DNA of 64,000 nucleotides. Source: Hormiphora californensis. Taxonomy: Eukaryota > Animalia > Ctenophora. Positions within the stretch are counted from its first letter, which is position 1. Each line of letters opens with the position of its first letter. Under the pieces are notes generated by a model that was not told where the DNA came from, searched no databases, and worked only from the letters and a program-made list of their open reading frames with translations. Made by a program: the position numbers and the translations under genes. The stretch spans positions 3,472,001 to 3,536,000 of the forward strand of contig CM035350.1 in NCBI GenBank assembly GCA_020137815.1, in the 5' to 3' direction. Shown here in pieces: positions 18,723 to 31,647 of this stretch.

Positions 18723-19547
18723 TGCTTCGAATTCTAAATTCTAAAACTTTCAAGCTTGGCTACCGCTGGCCTCTCTCACGGTAATGCAGTGCTTTTCAAC
18801 TGGGAGGCAATTGGTAGATTTCAATGTTTAATACCGCCACTCCTATCTTGTATCACCCACTGCCCACACGCTACTGCACTACTCGCGGGGGCTCTGGCCT
18901 CTGCCGGCTGCCCTCTATGCTTGTGGCGGTTGACTCCCCAGTCCCCTCCCGCCTCCTGACTGTTGCAGCTGCTCCAGACCCCAGACGTCAAGATACTTGC
19001 TGGGCAAAAAGTTGAAAAGCGCTGCATTATTATCCCACACTAAGTCAAAGGACTATGTCAAGAAAACAAGGCTTGTTTTACAAGCTCATGAGTGTATGAA
19101 ACTACAGGTGCCTAAACTCGTCTCTTTGCACCGTTATTTTGATGCAGTAGACATCAATAAATTATTATTTACCTGTAGCGGTTGTAGCAAGGGGCGTTAT
19201 GAATGGCGAGCGATGGCGTACGACGGCTCTTTGAGTCAGTGGACAAGGATTATAATGGATATATCGATATCAATGAGCTACATGTCGCTTTAAAGAAATC
19301 GCATGAAAACCACTTTACATCAGAAACGTGCCAACTACTATTTGGTAAGGAATGTGAATATCTTGTACATCACTAAGTTCATAAACTACACGCCCAATTC
19401 TTGTGTGGCTCTCACCGCATTTTGTTTTATAAAGCATGCTCTGTGAGTGTTCGGTAGATCAACCAACTCATTGTTCTAACCCTCCTTTACATTACGGAAT
19501 TAGAGGGTCGAGCAAGGCAACCAACTCACAATGATACATACCTGCAG

Positions 19548-20080
19548 GACTGTTTGATACAAATGAAGATGGAAAGGTTGACTATAACGAGTTCCACCAG
19601 CTTGTCGTGTATTACCAGCACTGGCTAGGTGTCTTCGAACAGCTTGATGCCAACAAAACTGGCTTCGTGAGCCATGCTCAGCTATACAAGACCTTACAGG
19701 TAACTGTAGTTGGGCTGTTGTTGCAATTTCCTGTTCAATTTGTGGACAAATTGGGAATTAATCCAACAAATGTCATCTTTATGAAACTAAATGTATTTTG
19801 AAATGTGTACTAATTTGACAGACCACACTATTGTCAGGAATGTGGATGCGGGGTTAACCTGCAGCTGTGTAGGAGGCTGGTTAAGTGTTACGATACCCGG
19901 CATACCGGGAAACTGGGATTTGACGATTACATGAGGTGCTGTGTTACTGTCCAGTCCCTTCACAAGGGCTTTACACTTCAGAAAACTGCCGAGGGAACGC
20001 TTTCTACTGATTTGGAGGGGTTACTGACATTGGTCATACGAGCAAGACCAAGACCAGTTGCAAACTTATCTGTTGATTAG
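19548..20080 (+). CDS. Penta-EF-hand protein (ALG-2/peflin/sorcin family), last two exons
   Basis: Exons 19548-19699 (LFDTNEDGKVDYNEF...WLGVFEQLDANKTGFVSHAQLYKTLQ) and 19838-20080 (LVKCYDTRHTGKLGFDDYMRCCVTVQSL); 5' exons not identified. Confidence 0.75.
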
Positions 20081-20340
20081 CTTTGTTTACTGTTCTGAGT
20101 TAACATTAGATAAAATTAGTGTGTGTGTGTGTGGCTCTAGGTTATAGCGTACCAAACTCTGCCGCACGACAGAACGGTGTTGCAACCTGTCATAAAGTCT
20201 GTGGTCTGTATGAAAGATAGTAGCTAAAATATCACGCTCAAAATTACACCAAAATCAAACAAAATTTCTCTGATATTCTAACTGTTTGTGGTCTGTATTC
20301 GGGCACTCTCACGCAAGCTTTATGTCCTGTCAGCTTCTGA

Positions 20341-20498
20341 GTCTGGAACAAGGTAACGTTTTGCCTTTGAGAGAGTCTTGAGTTTGGTTTAGTCTGGATC
20401 AAGGTAACGATTTGCCTTTGAGAGTGTCTTGAGTTTAGTTTGGTCTGGAACAAGGTAACGTTTTCCCTTTGAGAATTTCTTGAGTTTGGGTCTGGAAT
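20341..20498. repeat. 51-bp minisatellite, about 3 copies
   Basis: GTCTGGAACAAGGTAACGTTTTGCCTTTGAGAG... at 20341, 20392 and 20443. Confidence 0.85.
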
Positions 20499-21412
20499 CC
20501 CGATGTTTACCGTGTTTTGAATAGTAAATTACATTCACAATATAAACTTTACACAATCTGTGAACAGACAATACGGACAGGTGAACTTACAGAATTTTGA
20601 TGGATGATTGGTACCGTGATGGTGTTGATGATGAGATGAGAGGTATATGCATTTCCAGTGGATCGGAGATGAAGATAAACAAAAACGATTGAACACAGAT
20701 AAGGGGTAGGACTGAATGTAGCACCAATATACTGTAAAATGTTCTAGAATTCTATGCGGATGGGACAGATAAGAACATTTGTTAGTTGTTACACGCGATA
20801 AGCGACTTAGTGCACCAAAACACAAGGATTGTCTCTGTAGTGTGGTGTATAGCAATGTCCGCTATATTGGGAGAGGTGGGTGGGGGAGGGCGGGTGGGGG
20901 TGGGGCGGTGGGTAATATTGGCCAAGAATGTAGCTGTAATTTAGTGATGAGACTAGGCCAGGCCCGAGAGACAGTTCAGTGGTAACTGGGAGTTCATGTG
21001 TGCTAGAAATGGGTATTTGAGACGGATTTAAGTTGCATTTTAGTGAGAGGAAGAGCCCTTATTGGTGTCTGAGACAAGCAAAAGTGAAACGAACTGCAAC
21101 GTAACGAACGAGTAATGATAAAATTAGTTCTTCGTGTTTGTTTTGACGGACGTTATAACGTAATTGAGTTCTAGTGTCTAGGTTTTTCGGACGTTTATAT
21201 ATATTTTATTAACATTTTAGAAAAGATTTAGCTTTTAGTTTCTGTTTCAGCTCTGTATTTTTCCCTATTTCTTTTGTCAGAAACAGTAGTAATGGTTTGA
21301 ACTTGAATTCAACGTGAGACAAGACCCAACTTCGAATACAGATCTGTGACCCCAAGGGCTGGGTGTTGACACAAAAAACAGCCTGATAACTCAAAACCCC
21401 CTTTTTTTAGCC

Positions 21413-22075
21413 ATGTCTCATGATCAGGTCGTTGGTGGGAGAGTTCGGGGTGTCACCGTCGTCAAGGCGATCGTCGTGGGCAACACCAGTGTCTATCTGG
21501 GTGGAAAACGGGATACAGATGGCCACACCCACACATGGACTGTCTACCTGAAGCCCTTCAAGAGTGAGAACATGAGTACCTACGTAAAGAAGGTGCACTT
21601 CAAACTGCACGACAGCTACTCCCAACCATTGCGAGTTCTCACCAAACCTCCCTACCGTGTCAGCGAGTCTGGTTGGGGCGAGTTTGAGATCATGGTCAAA
21701 GTGTTCTTCCACGATCCGAGTGAAAAACCGGTTACCTTTCTGCATCTCCTGAAGCTATTTCAAAATGAGACCGTTACAATGAAGGATAAAACTCTGATTT
21801 CAGAGAACTACGATGAAATTATCTTCACTGAGCCCACCTCGCTAATGTATCCTCTTCTTATCAACACTAAAGCTCTCGATCCTAGTTTGTCTCAACACCA
21901 CCAAAATTTCGAGGAAATCGAGAGAAAGACATTCACTGCAATTGTGGAGGCACGCCGCAAAATCAAAACTGAAATAGCGGAACTCAGCACGAGAATAAAA
22001 AATCAGAAGGAGTCTTATCAGATTATTAAACAGGAGGTGAAGGAGCTTGAGCAGGAACAAAACACTAAAACGTGA
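21413..22075 (+). CDS. YEATS4: YEATS domain-containing protein 4 (GAS41), copy 1
   Basis: [50 protein letters not shown] and a C-terminal coiled coil. Confidence 0.95.
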   Translation: MSHDQVVGGRVRGVTVVKAIVVGNTSVYLGGKRDTDGHTHTWTVYLKPFKSENMSTYVKKVHFKLHDSYSQPLRVLTKPPYRVSESGWGEFEIMVKVFFHDPSEKPVTFLHLLKLFQNETVTMKDKTLISENYDEIIFTEPTSLMYPLLINTKALDPSLSQHHQNFEEIERKTFTAIVEARRKIKTEIAELSTRIKNQKESYQIIKQEVKELEQEQNTKT

Positions 22076-22732
22076 CGTAAATGATAAGTACAGCTACTGA
22101 GCCCCTACTGAGTACTGCATTTACACTGGCTGTGTTATTTTTATAAAAGCGAATGTCATTACCCATGCCATGACACCGCCATGGTTTTCAAAACAATGAA
22201 AATTTTATTGTTATTCTTATTGGGAGTCATACAACTCGTTTTTATCTGACAGCTTATATTTATCGATTGAAATACTCAACAGTGTGCAGTCTGTACACAC
22301 GTGTGGTAGGTCTTTCAGGTCTCTAATTACTATTTAATCATACGTTAATGGCATATATAGTCTAAGAGGAGAGTATCATGACGTGTTATGTGTGTAAACC
22401 AATCACTAACAATCGTTAAATGTGTCTTGGCATGGTATGTTTGGTATTGATAGATTGACACAGGACTTTGTTATTTCTTTCTGTATTGTGCGCAACATCC
22501 ATGCCATTGCGTTCGTGTATTGAGGTATACTGTTGTGTTTTTGAAAATTGCGAGTAGAAATCCTGTAAAGCTGTGATCTCCAATATATACTCTAGCTCTG
22601 CTGTCTTAATTCCCACCATTTCCTTGTAAACCACAGCACAGCACTGCTGCTGCTGCTTTGGTTCGTCGAGTTATACTCTCAGTAACTAATTTTGTATTTT
22701 ACCATAACCATCTTCCCTTTGCGTTTTAGTAC

Positions 22733-24334
22733 ATGGCACGGCTGGTAATCTTATTCCTGGTATTTGTGGGGTTCTCACTCGCCACCAAGAATGTCTTGGT
22801 AATCACATCAGGGGGCGGATCCCACATGTACCTCTCCGCTGATATCGCCACCATGATAGCAGACCGAGGTTACAACGTTACCCTGCTTGGCATGAGTCCA
22901 GATACAAGGGTTAACTACGATGACCGGCCCTTCACCCCTGTATACATTCGTGGTGTGGAGTACAACGAGAAGTTTACGAAAATAATGAACGATTGGGTAA
23001 AGGAGATCAGGGATTACCCAACAGAGTATGGATTCAACGCCCTTTTTTCTACTTCTATCCCGGATGACGTTCTGACACAGTTTATGTCTCCTACTGTCGA
23101 AGTCTTGCTCCCCTACTTCAATGGTCCCGAATTCCATAATCTCCTTGACTCAACTCCATTTAGTCTGATAGTCTTGGAAGATTCTGCTTTCGTGGGTGCC
23201 TGCGCTAAACTTGCATCAAGATTGGACATCCCTGTTGTTGGTGTTTCAGCAATTTCTGAATACACGTTTACCCGTGGTCGATTAAACCAGGGCATGCTTT
23301 TGAATAGTGAGCCCAATAACTTTAACACCATGATGGACGACACTCTACCCTCCTTGTCTGACCGTCTCTATACCCTGAAAATGATATTCGAGGTTGTGTA
23401 TACTCTGGTGGTTAAGTTTGCTAGTAAGGAGATGTTACAATACTACGAGAAAGCAGGGGTCACACAGGAGCAGGCAGATCGCTTACACGTGGCCAACTTT
23501 ATCTTCGACCATCCTGCCCTTGCTTACCCTTCTCTCAATGCTCCTTCCATGTTCAATTTGGGTTTCTTCCACTTGGACATGTACAAAGCACAGCCGCTAC
23601 CTGAGAAATACACAGAGTTCTTAGATGTGAACTGTGAGAGCGTGATTTACATGTCGTTTGGCTCCTACGCCGAGGATATCACCTTGTTCCCGTTCGTGGT
23701 TCCCATGCTGCGAGGGTTGGCACGAGTCCAGGGTCTCTGTCTGGTTCTGAAGACCAAACAGGACCTGGCCCAGCACGCCCCGGGACTCAAGATCCTCCAG
23801 GAGGGTTGGGTGCCCCAGAAGGACCTCTTGGCCAGTGGAAGAGTGGACATGTTCATCAGTCACTGCGGTAATAACGGCAGAATGGAGAGTCTCTTCTATG
23901 GGGTGCCTCTACTGTGTGTTCCCTTGTTCGGTGATCAGTACTACAATGCCCGCATGGTTCACAGAAGAAGGTTTGGCCGGCTCGTGCCCAAGGAACAAAT
24001 TACCGAGGATGCTTTCAAGGCCGAGTTGGAGAGTTTCCTGGCGGAGGCACCGGTATATCGAGATGAGATCAATGCAGCCGGCAACTATGTCAAGTCTGAC
24101 CCGACCTCAGGTAAGGAGGTCTTCCTGTTCATCTGTGAGCACCTTCTTGCAGGTGGAGACCTGGAGTTCCTGAAAAACAAGGTCTTGCTGGATCAGAGTG
24201 CTATATCTGTCTACAATTTGGATGTCCTGGCGGTGTTTTTCTTGGTGATGATAGCAGTTATTGGTGTTCTTCTTGGTGTCTCTTTCGCCTGTTGCAGATG
24301 CATCCTTCGGGTGACAAAGCTGAAAACAGATTAA
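22733..24334 (+). CDS. UDP-glucuronosyltransferase-family glycosyltransferase, copy 1
   Basis: Signal peptide, GSH, UGT signature WVPQKDLL..FISHCGNNG..E....GVP...PLFGDQ..NA, C-terminal TM and KxKxx ER-retrieval signal (KLKTD). Confidence 0.95.
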   Translation: MARLVILFLVFVGFSLATKNVLVITSGGGSHMYLSADIATMIADRGYNVTLLGMSPDTRVNYDDRPFTPVYIRGVEYNEKFTKIMNDWVKEIRDYPTEYGFNALFSTSIPDDVLTQFMSPTVEVLLPYFNGPEFHNLLDSTPFSLIVLEDSAFVGACAKLASRLDIPVVGVSAISEYTFTRGRLNQGMLLNSEPNNFNTMMDDTLPSLSDRLYTLKMIFEVVYTLVVKFASKEMLQYYEKAGVTQEQADRLHVANFIFDHPALAYPSLNAPSMFNLGFFHLDMYKAQPLPEKYTEFLDVNCESVIYMSFGSYAEDITLFPFVVPMLRGLARVQGLCLVLKTKQDLAQHAPGLKILQEGWVPQKDLLASGRVDMFISHCGNNGRMESLFYGVPLLCVPLFGDQYYNARMVHRRRFGRLVPKEQITEDAFKAELESFLAEAPVYRDEINAAGNYVKSDPTSGKEVFLFICEHLLAGGDLEFLKNKVLLDQSAISVYNLDVLAVFFLVMIAVIGVLLGVSFACCRCILRVTKLKTD

Positions 24335-24918
24335 AAACTAACTGAACCTCTCGATATCTGTATCGTGATTAAAACAATTTAGAATATATATTGTTACTGG
24401 AATGATAAATTGCATGTGTTTTAACCTTTCATTTACTTGCTCAGATCTCTTTATTCATAGTTTACTTGTAGTGTTTTATATAACAGATCGTTTTCACACA
24501 GAGATTATTGTGTTTATGTTTAAATGTAAATCAGCTGCTGAAGAATGTTTATAAGAAATTACTTTTTGATAAATTATGTGTCGTGGCTTTGTCTCGTAGC
24601 GATTAATGTTTCTTTCGAAGAAAGAAACAGAATAGGTTCACAAATCATTGAAAAAATCTTTCAATCAAGGAGTCATACATGTGAAAGGTCACGAGACCGT
24701 CTCTCATCATTCCCAAACTAATTTACTATGTTCCTGAAGGGGCGGTGTTTGTTTAGGAACTATAAACAAACAGGTCTAACTTGTTTTACCAGTTCTCCCC
24801 AGCCCTATCTCCTTATTTCTCATCTTGCATTTTCACTTGCTTCTACGTGAATCATGTCTTTCTTTAAGCATTCATTTGATCCCAATTATAATCCTTATAA
24901 TTCAATGTGTGTCAGGAC

Positions 24919-25180
24919 ATGAGTGGACAGTTTTCGGGATGCCGGTCTCTATCCGATAGTGATCCTGAGCTATGGGGTCTGATAAAACAGGAGAAAGAAC
25001 GCCAAAAAAACTGCCTAGAGCTCATTGCCAGTGAGAATTTTACATCTCGAGCAGTCATGGAAGCGGTTAGTGTTGTACAGTTACTATATAGAAATAGAGC
25101 TGTCTTGTAGCTGCAGTCTGTCTCTATACAATGTACTGAAACGATATCCCCTCTGTCCCTGCAGGCGGGATCGTGTCTGA
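24919..25180 (+). pseudogene. Truncated SHMT 5' fragment (exon 1 + start of exon 2) created by the duplication
   Basis: MSGQFSG...[17 protein letters not shown] then cut at the duplication junction. Confidence 0.85.
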
Positions 25181-25665
25181 ATGTAGCTGTAATTTAGTGA
25201 TGAGACTAGGCCAGGCCCGAGAGACAGTTCAGTGGTAACTGGGAGTTCATGTGTGCTAGAAATGGGTATTTGAGACGGATTTAAGTTGCATTTTAGTGAG
25301 AGGAAGAGCCCTTATTGGTGTCTGAGACAAGCAAAAGTGAAACGAACTGCAACGTAACGAACGAGTAATGATAAAATTAGTTCTTCGTGTTTGTTTTGAC
25401 GGACGTTATAACGTAATTGAGTTCTAGTGTCTAGGTTTTTCGGACGTTTATATATATTTTATTAACATTTTAGAAAAGATTTAGCTTTTAGTTTCTGTTT
25501 CAGCTCTGTATTTTTCCCTATTTCTTTTGTCAGAAACAGTAGTAATGGTTTGAACTTGAATTCAACGTGAGACAAGACCCAACTTCGAATACAGATCTGT
25601 GACCCCAAGGGCTGGGTGTTGACACAAAAAACAGCCTGATAACTCAAAACCCCCTTTTTTTAGCC

Positions 25666-26328
25666 ATGTCTCATGATCAGGTCGTTGGTGGGAGAGTTCG
25701 GGGTGTCACCGTCGTCAAGGCGATCGTCGTGGGCAACACCAGTGTCTATCTGGGTGGAAAACGGGATACAGATGGCCACACCCACACATGGACTGTCTAC
25801 CTGAAGCCCTTCAAGAGTGAGAACATGAGTACCTACGTAAAGAAGGTGCACTTCAAACTGCACGACAGCTACTCCCAACCATTGCGAGTTCTCACCAAAC
25901 CTCCCTACCGTGTCAGCGAGTCTGGTTGGGGCGAGTTTGAGATCATGGTCAAAGTGTTCTTCCACGATCCGAGTGAAAAACCGGTTACCTTTCTGCATCT
26001 CCTGAAGCTATTTCAAAATGAGACCGTTACAATGAAGGATAAAACTCTGATTTCAGAGAACTACGATGAAATTATCTTCACTGAGCCCACCTCGCTAATG
26101 TATCCTCTTCTTATCAACACTAAAGCTCTCGATCCTAGTTTGTCTCAACACCACCAAAATTTCGAGGAAATCGAGAGAAAGACATTCACTGCAATTGTGG
26201 AGGCACGCCGCAAAATCAAAACTGAAATAGCGGAACTCAGCACGAGAATAAAAAATCAGAAGGAGTCTTATCAGATTATTAAACAGGAGGTGAAGGAGCT
26301 TGAGCAGGAACAAAACACTAAAACGTGA
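25666..26328 (+). CDS. YEATS4: YEATS4, copy 2
   Basis: Protein identical to copy 1. Confidence 0.9.
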   Translation: MSHDQVVGGRVRGVTVVKAIVVGNTSVYLGGKRDTDGHTHTWTVYLKPFKSENMSTYVKKVHFKLHDSYSQPLRVLTKPPYRVSESGWGEFEIMVKVFFHDPSEKPVTFLHLLKLFQNETVTMKDKTLISENYDEIIFTEPTSLMYPLLINTKALDPSLSQHHQNFEEIERKTFTAIVEARRKIKTEIAELSTRIKNQKESYQIIKQEVKELEQEQNTKT

Positions 26329-26985
26329 CGTAAATGATAAGTACAGCTACTGAGCCCCTACTGAGTACTGCATTTACACTGGCTGTGTTATTTTTATAAA
26401 AGCGAATGTCATTACCCATGCCATGACACCGCCATGGTTTTCAAAACAATGAAAATTTTATTGTTATTCTTATTGGGAGTCATACAACTCGTTTTTATCT
26501 GACAGCTTATATTTATCGATTGAAATACTCAACAGTGTGCAGTCTGTACACACGTGTGGTAGGTCTTTCAGGTCTCTAATTACTATTTAATCATACGTTA
26601 ATGGCATATATAGTCTAAGAGGAGAGTATCATGACGTGTTATGTGTGTAAACCAATCACTAACAATCGTTAAATGTGTCTTGGCATGGTATGTTTGGTAT
26701 TGATAGATTGACACAGGACTTTGTTATTTCTTTCTGTATTGTGCGCAACATCCATGCCATTGCGTTCGTGTATTGAGGTATACTGTTGTGTTTTTGAAAA
26801 TTGCGAGTAGAAATCCTGTAAAGCTGTGATCTCCAATATATACTCTAGCTCTGCTGTCTTAATTCCCACCATTTCCTTGTAAACCACAGCACAGCACTGC
26901 TGCTGCTGCTTTGGTTCGTCGAGTTATACTCTCAGTAACTAATTTTGTATTTTACCATAACCATCTTCCCTTTGCGTTTTAGTAC

Positions 26986-28587
26986 ATGGCACGGCTGGTA
27001 ATCTTATTCCTGGTATTTGTGGGGTTCTCACTCGCCACCAAGAATGTCTTGGTAATCACATCAGGGGGCGGATCCCACATGTACCTCTCCGCTGATATCG
27101 CCACCATGATAGCAGACCGAGGTTACAACGTTACCCTGCTTGGCATGAGTCCAGATACAAGGGTTAACTACGATGACCGGCCCTTCACCCCTGTATACAT
27201 TCGTGGTGTGGAGTACAACGAGAAGTTTACGAAAATAATGAACGATTGGGTAAAGGAGATCAGGGATTACCCAACAGAGTATGGATTCAACGCCCTTTTT
27301 TCTACTTCTATCCCGGATGACGTTCTGACACAGTTTATGTCTCCTACTGTCGAAGTCTTGCTCCCCTACTTCAATGGTCCCGAATTCCATAATCTCCTTG
27401 ACTCAACTCCATTTAGTCTGATAGTCTTGGAAGATTCTGCTTTCGTGGGTGCCTGCGCTAAACTTGCATCAAGATTGGACATCCCTGTTGTTGGTGTTTC
27501 AGCAATTTCTGAATACACGTTTACCCGTGGTCGATTAAACCAGGGCATGCTTTTGAATAGTGAGCCCAATAACTTTAACACCATGATGGACGACACTCTA
27601 CCCTCCTTGTCTGACCGTCTCTATACCCTGAAAATGATATTCGAGGTTGTGTATACTCTGGTGGTTAAGTTTGCTAGTAAGGAGATGTTACAATACTACG
27701 AGAAAGCAGGGGTCACACAGGAGCAGGCAGATCGCTTACACGTGGCCAACTTTATCTTCGACCATCCTGCCCTTGCTTACCCTTCTCTCAATGCTCCTTC
27801 CATGTTCAATTTGGGTTTCTTCCACTTGGACATGTACAAAGCACAGCCGCTACCTGAGAAATACACAGAGTTCTTAGATGTGAACTGTGAGAGCGTGATT
27901 TACATGTCGTTTGGCTCCTACGCCGAGGATATCACCTTGTTCCCGTTCGTGGTTCCCATGCTGCGAGGGTTGGCACGAGTCCAGGGTCTCTGTCTGGTTC
28001 TGAAGACCAAACAGGACCTGGCCCAGCACGCCCCGGGACTCAAGATCCTCCAGGAGGGTTGGGTGCCCCAGAAGGACCTCTTGGCCAGTGGAAGAGTGGA
28101 CATGTTCATCAGTCACTGCGGTAATAACGGCAGAATGGAGAGTCTCTTCTATGGGGTGCCTCTACTGTGTGTTCCCTTGTTCGGTGATCAGTACTACAAT
28201 GCCCGCATGGTTCACAGAAGAAGGTTTGGCCGGCTCGTGCCCAAGGAACAAATTACCGAGGATGCTTTCAAGGCCGAGTTGGAGAGTTTCCTGGCGGAGG
28301 CACCGGTATATCGAGATGAGATCAATGCAGCCGGCAACTATGTCAAGTCTGACCCGACCTCAGGTAAGGAGGTCTTCCTGTTCATCTGTGAGCACCTTCT
28401 TGCAGGTGGAGACCTGGAGTTCCTGAAAAACAAGGTCTTGCTGGATCAGAGTGCTATATCTGTCTACAATTTGGATGTCCTGGCGGTGTTTTTCTTGGTG
28501 ATGATAGCAGTTATTGGTGTTCTTCTTGGTGTCTCTTTCGCCTGTTGCAGATGCATCCTTCGGGTGACAAAGCTGAAAACAGATTAA
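26986..28587 (+). CDS. UGT, copy 2
   Basis: Protein identical to copy 1. Confidence 0.9.
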   Translation: MARLVILFLVFVGFSLATKNVLVITSGGGSHMYLSADIATMIADRGYNVTLLGMSPDTRVNYDDRPFTPVYIRGVEYNEKFTKIMNDWVKEIRDYPTEYGFNALFSTSIPDDVLTQFMSPTVEVLLPYFNGPEFHNLLDSTPFSLIVLEDSAFVGACAKLASRLDIPVVGVSAISEYTFTRGRLNQGMLLNSEPNNFNTMMDDTLPSLSDRLYTLKMIFEVVYTLVVKFASKEMLQYYEKAGVTQEQADRLHVANFIFDHPALAYPSLNAPSMFNLGFFHLDMYKAQPLPEKYTEFLDVNCESVIYMSFGSYAEDITLFPFVVPMLRGLARVQGLCLVLKTKQDLAQHAPGLKILQEGWVPQKDLLASGRVDMFISHCGNNGRMESLFYGVPLLCVPLFGDQYYNARMVHRRRFGRLVPKEQITEDAFKAELESFLAEAPVYRDEINAAGNYVKSDPTSGKEVFLFICEHLLAGGDLEFLKNKVLLDQSAISVYNLDVLAVFFLVMIAVIGVLLGVSFACCRCILRVTKLKTD

Positions 28588-29171
28588 AAACTAACTGAAC
28601 CTCTCGATATCTGTATCGTGATTAAAACAATTTAGAATATATATTGTTACTGGAATGATAAATTGCATGTGTTTTAACCTTTCATTTACTTGCTCAGATC
28701 TCTTTATTCATAGTTTACTTGTAGTGTTTTATATAACAGATCGTTTTCACACAGAGATTATTGTGTTTATGTTTAAATGTAAATCAGCTGCTGAAGAATG
28801 TTTATAAGAAATTACTTTTTGATAAATTATGTGTCGTGGCTTTGTCTCGTAGCGATTAATGTTTCTTTCGAAGAAAGAAACAGAATAGGTTCACAAATCA
28901 TTGAAAAAATCTTTCAATCAAGGAGTCATACATGTGAAAGGTCACGAGACCGTCTCTCATCATTCCCAAACTAATTTACTATGTTCCTGAAGGGGCGGTG
29001 TTTGTTTAGGAACTATAAACAAACAGGTCTAACTTGTTTTACCAGTTCTCCCCAGCCCTATCTCCTTATTTCTCATCTTGCATTTTCACTTGCTTCTACG
29101 TGAATCATGTCTTTCTTTAAGCATTCATTTGATCCCAATTATAATCCTTATAATTCAATGTGTGTCAGGAC

Positions 29172-31526
29172 ATGAGTGGACAGTTTTCGGGATGCCGGTC
29201 TCTATCCGATAGTGATCCTGAGCTATGGGGTCTGATAAAACAGGAGAAAGAACGCCAAAAAAACTGCCTAGAGCTCATTGCCAGTGAGAATTTTACATCT
29301 CGAGCAGTCATGGAAGCGGTTAGTGTTGTACAGTTACTATATAGAAATAGAGCTGTCTTGTAGCTGCAGTCTGTCTCTATACAATGTACTGAAACGATAT
29401 CCCCTCTGTCCCTGCAGGCGGGATCGTGTCTGACGAACAAGTACAGTGAAGGTATGCCTGGTGCGAGGTACTATGGAGGTAACGAGTATATAGACCAGAT
29501 TGAGAACCTGTGTGTCAAGAGGGCCCTCGAGTTATATGGGCTAAGAGAGGAGGAGTGGGGTGCCAATGTACAGCCGTACAGTGGGTCTCCAGCCAACTTT
29601 GCTGTATACACAGGTACTAGAGGGGGCCGGAGGGGGGGTTAGCGGTAAATGTTGCCTTGATTTGGACACAATTTTTATATGGGTGAGTTATAACCAAAAC
29701 TGTAAAAATTGTGTCCAAATCAAGGCAACATTTACTAGAGGGGCGGGGGGGTACTAGCAACATTTTTGTAATCCTTGCTACCCAGAAATTTCGAATTACA
29801 CCAAAGTGTACTAAGCATCTATTCACCATCGTGTTCTACGAGAATTCCAATAAATTCTCTGACCATATTAGGTATACGCCTGATCTCCATGAATATATCC
29901 TTGTTCCATCCATAACTTCCCAGCTCTTCTGAAACCCCATGATAGGGTGATGGGGTTGGATCTCCCTGACGGTGGGCACCTCACACATGGATACATGACG
30001 GACAAGAAGAGGATATCAGCTACCTCAATCTACTTTGAGAGCATGCCATACAGTGTCAACACTGCCACTGGGATTATTGATTACGATAGACTTGAGGATC
30101 AGGTATTATATGCAGCTGTAAAATTTTAATTTTTATACCGGACTTCTGACGAAAGGTTTTTGCATGGTATCAAGGTCCGATACATCGTGTTTTTTACCTG
30201 TCGATCGAATCCAAGAATTAGGGATCTGCGGTGGAATCGCTGTTTCTGTTGATTCTTTCTTTAAACAAAATTTCCCCAGGTCCGTTCCTTTCGTCCCAGA
30301 ATGATAATTGCCGGTGCAAGTGCCTACTCCCGGGAGATTGACTACGCTCGAATGAGATCCATTGCAGACATCACGGGAGCCTGGTTGGTTGCTGATATGG
30401 CCCACATTGGTGGCATTGTGGCAGCTGGGATTATCTCATCTCCATTCCCTCACTGCGACGTAGTTACTACCACAACTCACAAGACCCTCCGGGGTAGCCG
30501 GTCTGGAATTATTTTCTACCGACGCGGAGAGAGGGAGGTACCGGGAAGGGGGCTGGTGAAGTATAATATCGAGGGAGATATCAATTTCGCGGTGTTTCCT
30601 GCACTTCAGGGTGGTCCCCACAATCATATCATCGCTGCTGTGGCCACCGCCCTCAAGGAAGCCAATACCCCCGAGTTTAGGGAATACCAAAAACAGGTAC
30701 AGCTACAGTTTTTTGTTATGTTCTAACCCTCCCTTTACAGTGCGGGGCGCCCGAAACACAGTCTAGCCAGGCAAACAGTTTTGTGAAGTTGTCATTATAT
30801 CGTTTCTGTAGAACAGATTCAACAATATCACCTTGTTGCAATATCAATTGCTGTTGAAATATCAATACCAACTATCCTGCAGGTGTGTGTGAACGCCAAG
30901 GTGCTGTGTAAGGCCCTACAGGAGCGTGGTTACAAAGTAGTTAGTGATGGGACTGATAACCACATTGTGCTGATGGACCTCCGACCACTTGGTATCGATG
31001 GTAACCGCGTGGACTCTGTCCTCGATTTGTGTAATATTACGGGAAATAAGAACACTGTACCGGGGGACAAGAATGCTATAAGACCCGGAGGTATCAGATT
31101 GGGGAGCAGTGCCCTCACTACCAGGACTCTCAGTGAGGCTGATTTCGAGCAGGTCGCTGAGTACATCCACCTGGGTTAGTATTTCATTCTCGTCGCAACA
31201 ACGGGACCGAGCCGACAGATGAAAAAAAACCCATAAAACCATAGATATTTTTAGAGTGAAAGTTTGGTCGAGATATTACTACTAAGTACCCACTTTTCTT
31301 CTTGCTTTGCTCTTTATCCTCTCTCTCTCTTCCCCATTTGAACAATGTTCTTGCAGGTGTAACTATTGCCCGAGAAGTGCAGAGTAAACAAGAGGGAAAG
31401 CTACTCAAGGAATTCAAGGAAATTCTCAAGACTGATCAGGGAATTAATGATAAAATTCAAACGCTCAAGGGACAAGTTTCCAAGTTTGCTGCATCATTCC
31501 CAATGCCCGGCCATGATGAATATTAA
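29172..31526 (+). CDS. SHMT: Serine hydroxymethyltransferase (no N-terminal mitochondrial presequence; cytosolic-type)
   Basis: Exons 29172-29318, 29418-29613, 29924-30102, 30280-30696, 30883-31174, 31357-31526. Motifs [39 protein letters not shown] (PLP Lys), QGGPH, NKN. Confidence 0.96.
29644..29735. repeat. Palindromic insertion in SHMT intron 2
   Basis: GTAAATGTTGCCTTGATTTGGACACAATTTT ... AAAATTGTGTCCAAATCAAGGCAACATTT. Confidence 0.8.
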
Positions 31527-31647
31527 AACGATTTCTGACGTTCCATAACTTTTTAAGGATTATTAAATTTTTATTGTTTTCTATTGATTTTTTGGACTCT
31601 CAATATAATATTATTTTCTGTACGTAATTTGAGCATATTATATAATA

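Larger units (their letters stand above)
20926..29433 (+). repeat. Direct tandem duplication, unit 4,253 bp (20926-25178 and 25179-29433)
   Basis: Identical ORF sets offset by 4,253; junction at 25179-25180 with GA microhomology inside SHMT exon 2. Confidence 0.95.

Noticed and set aside
22733-24334. Horizontal transfer of the intronless UGT or DHRS12
   Set aside because: Both have typical animal features (signal peptide, TM and KxKxx; DHRS12-specific N-terminus); lack of introns alone is not evidence
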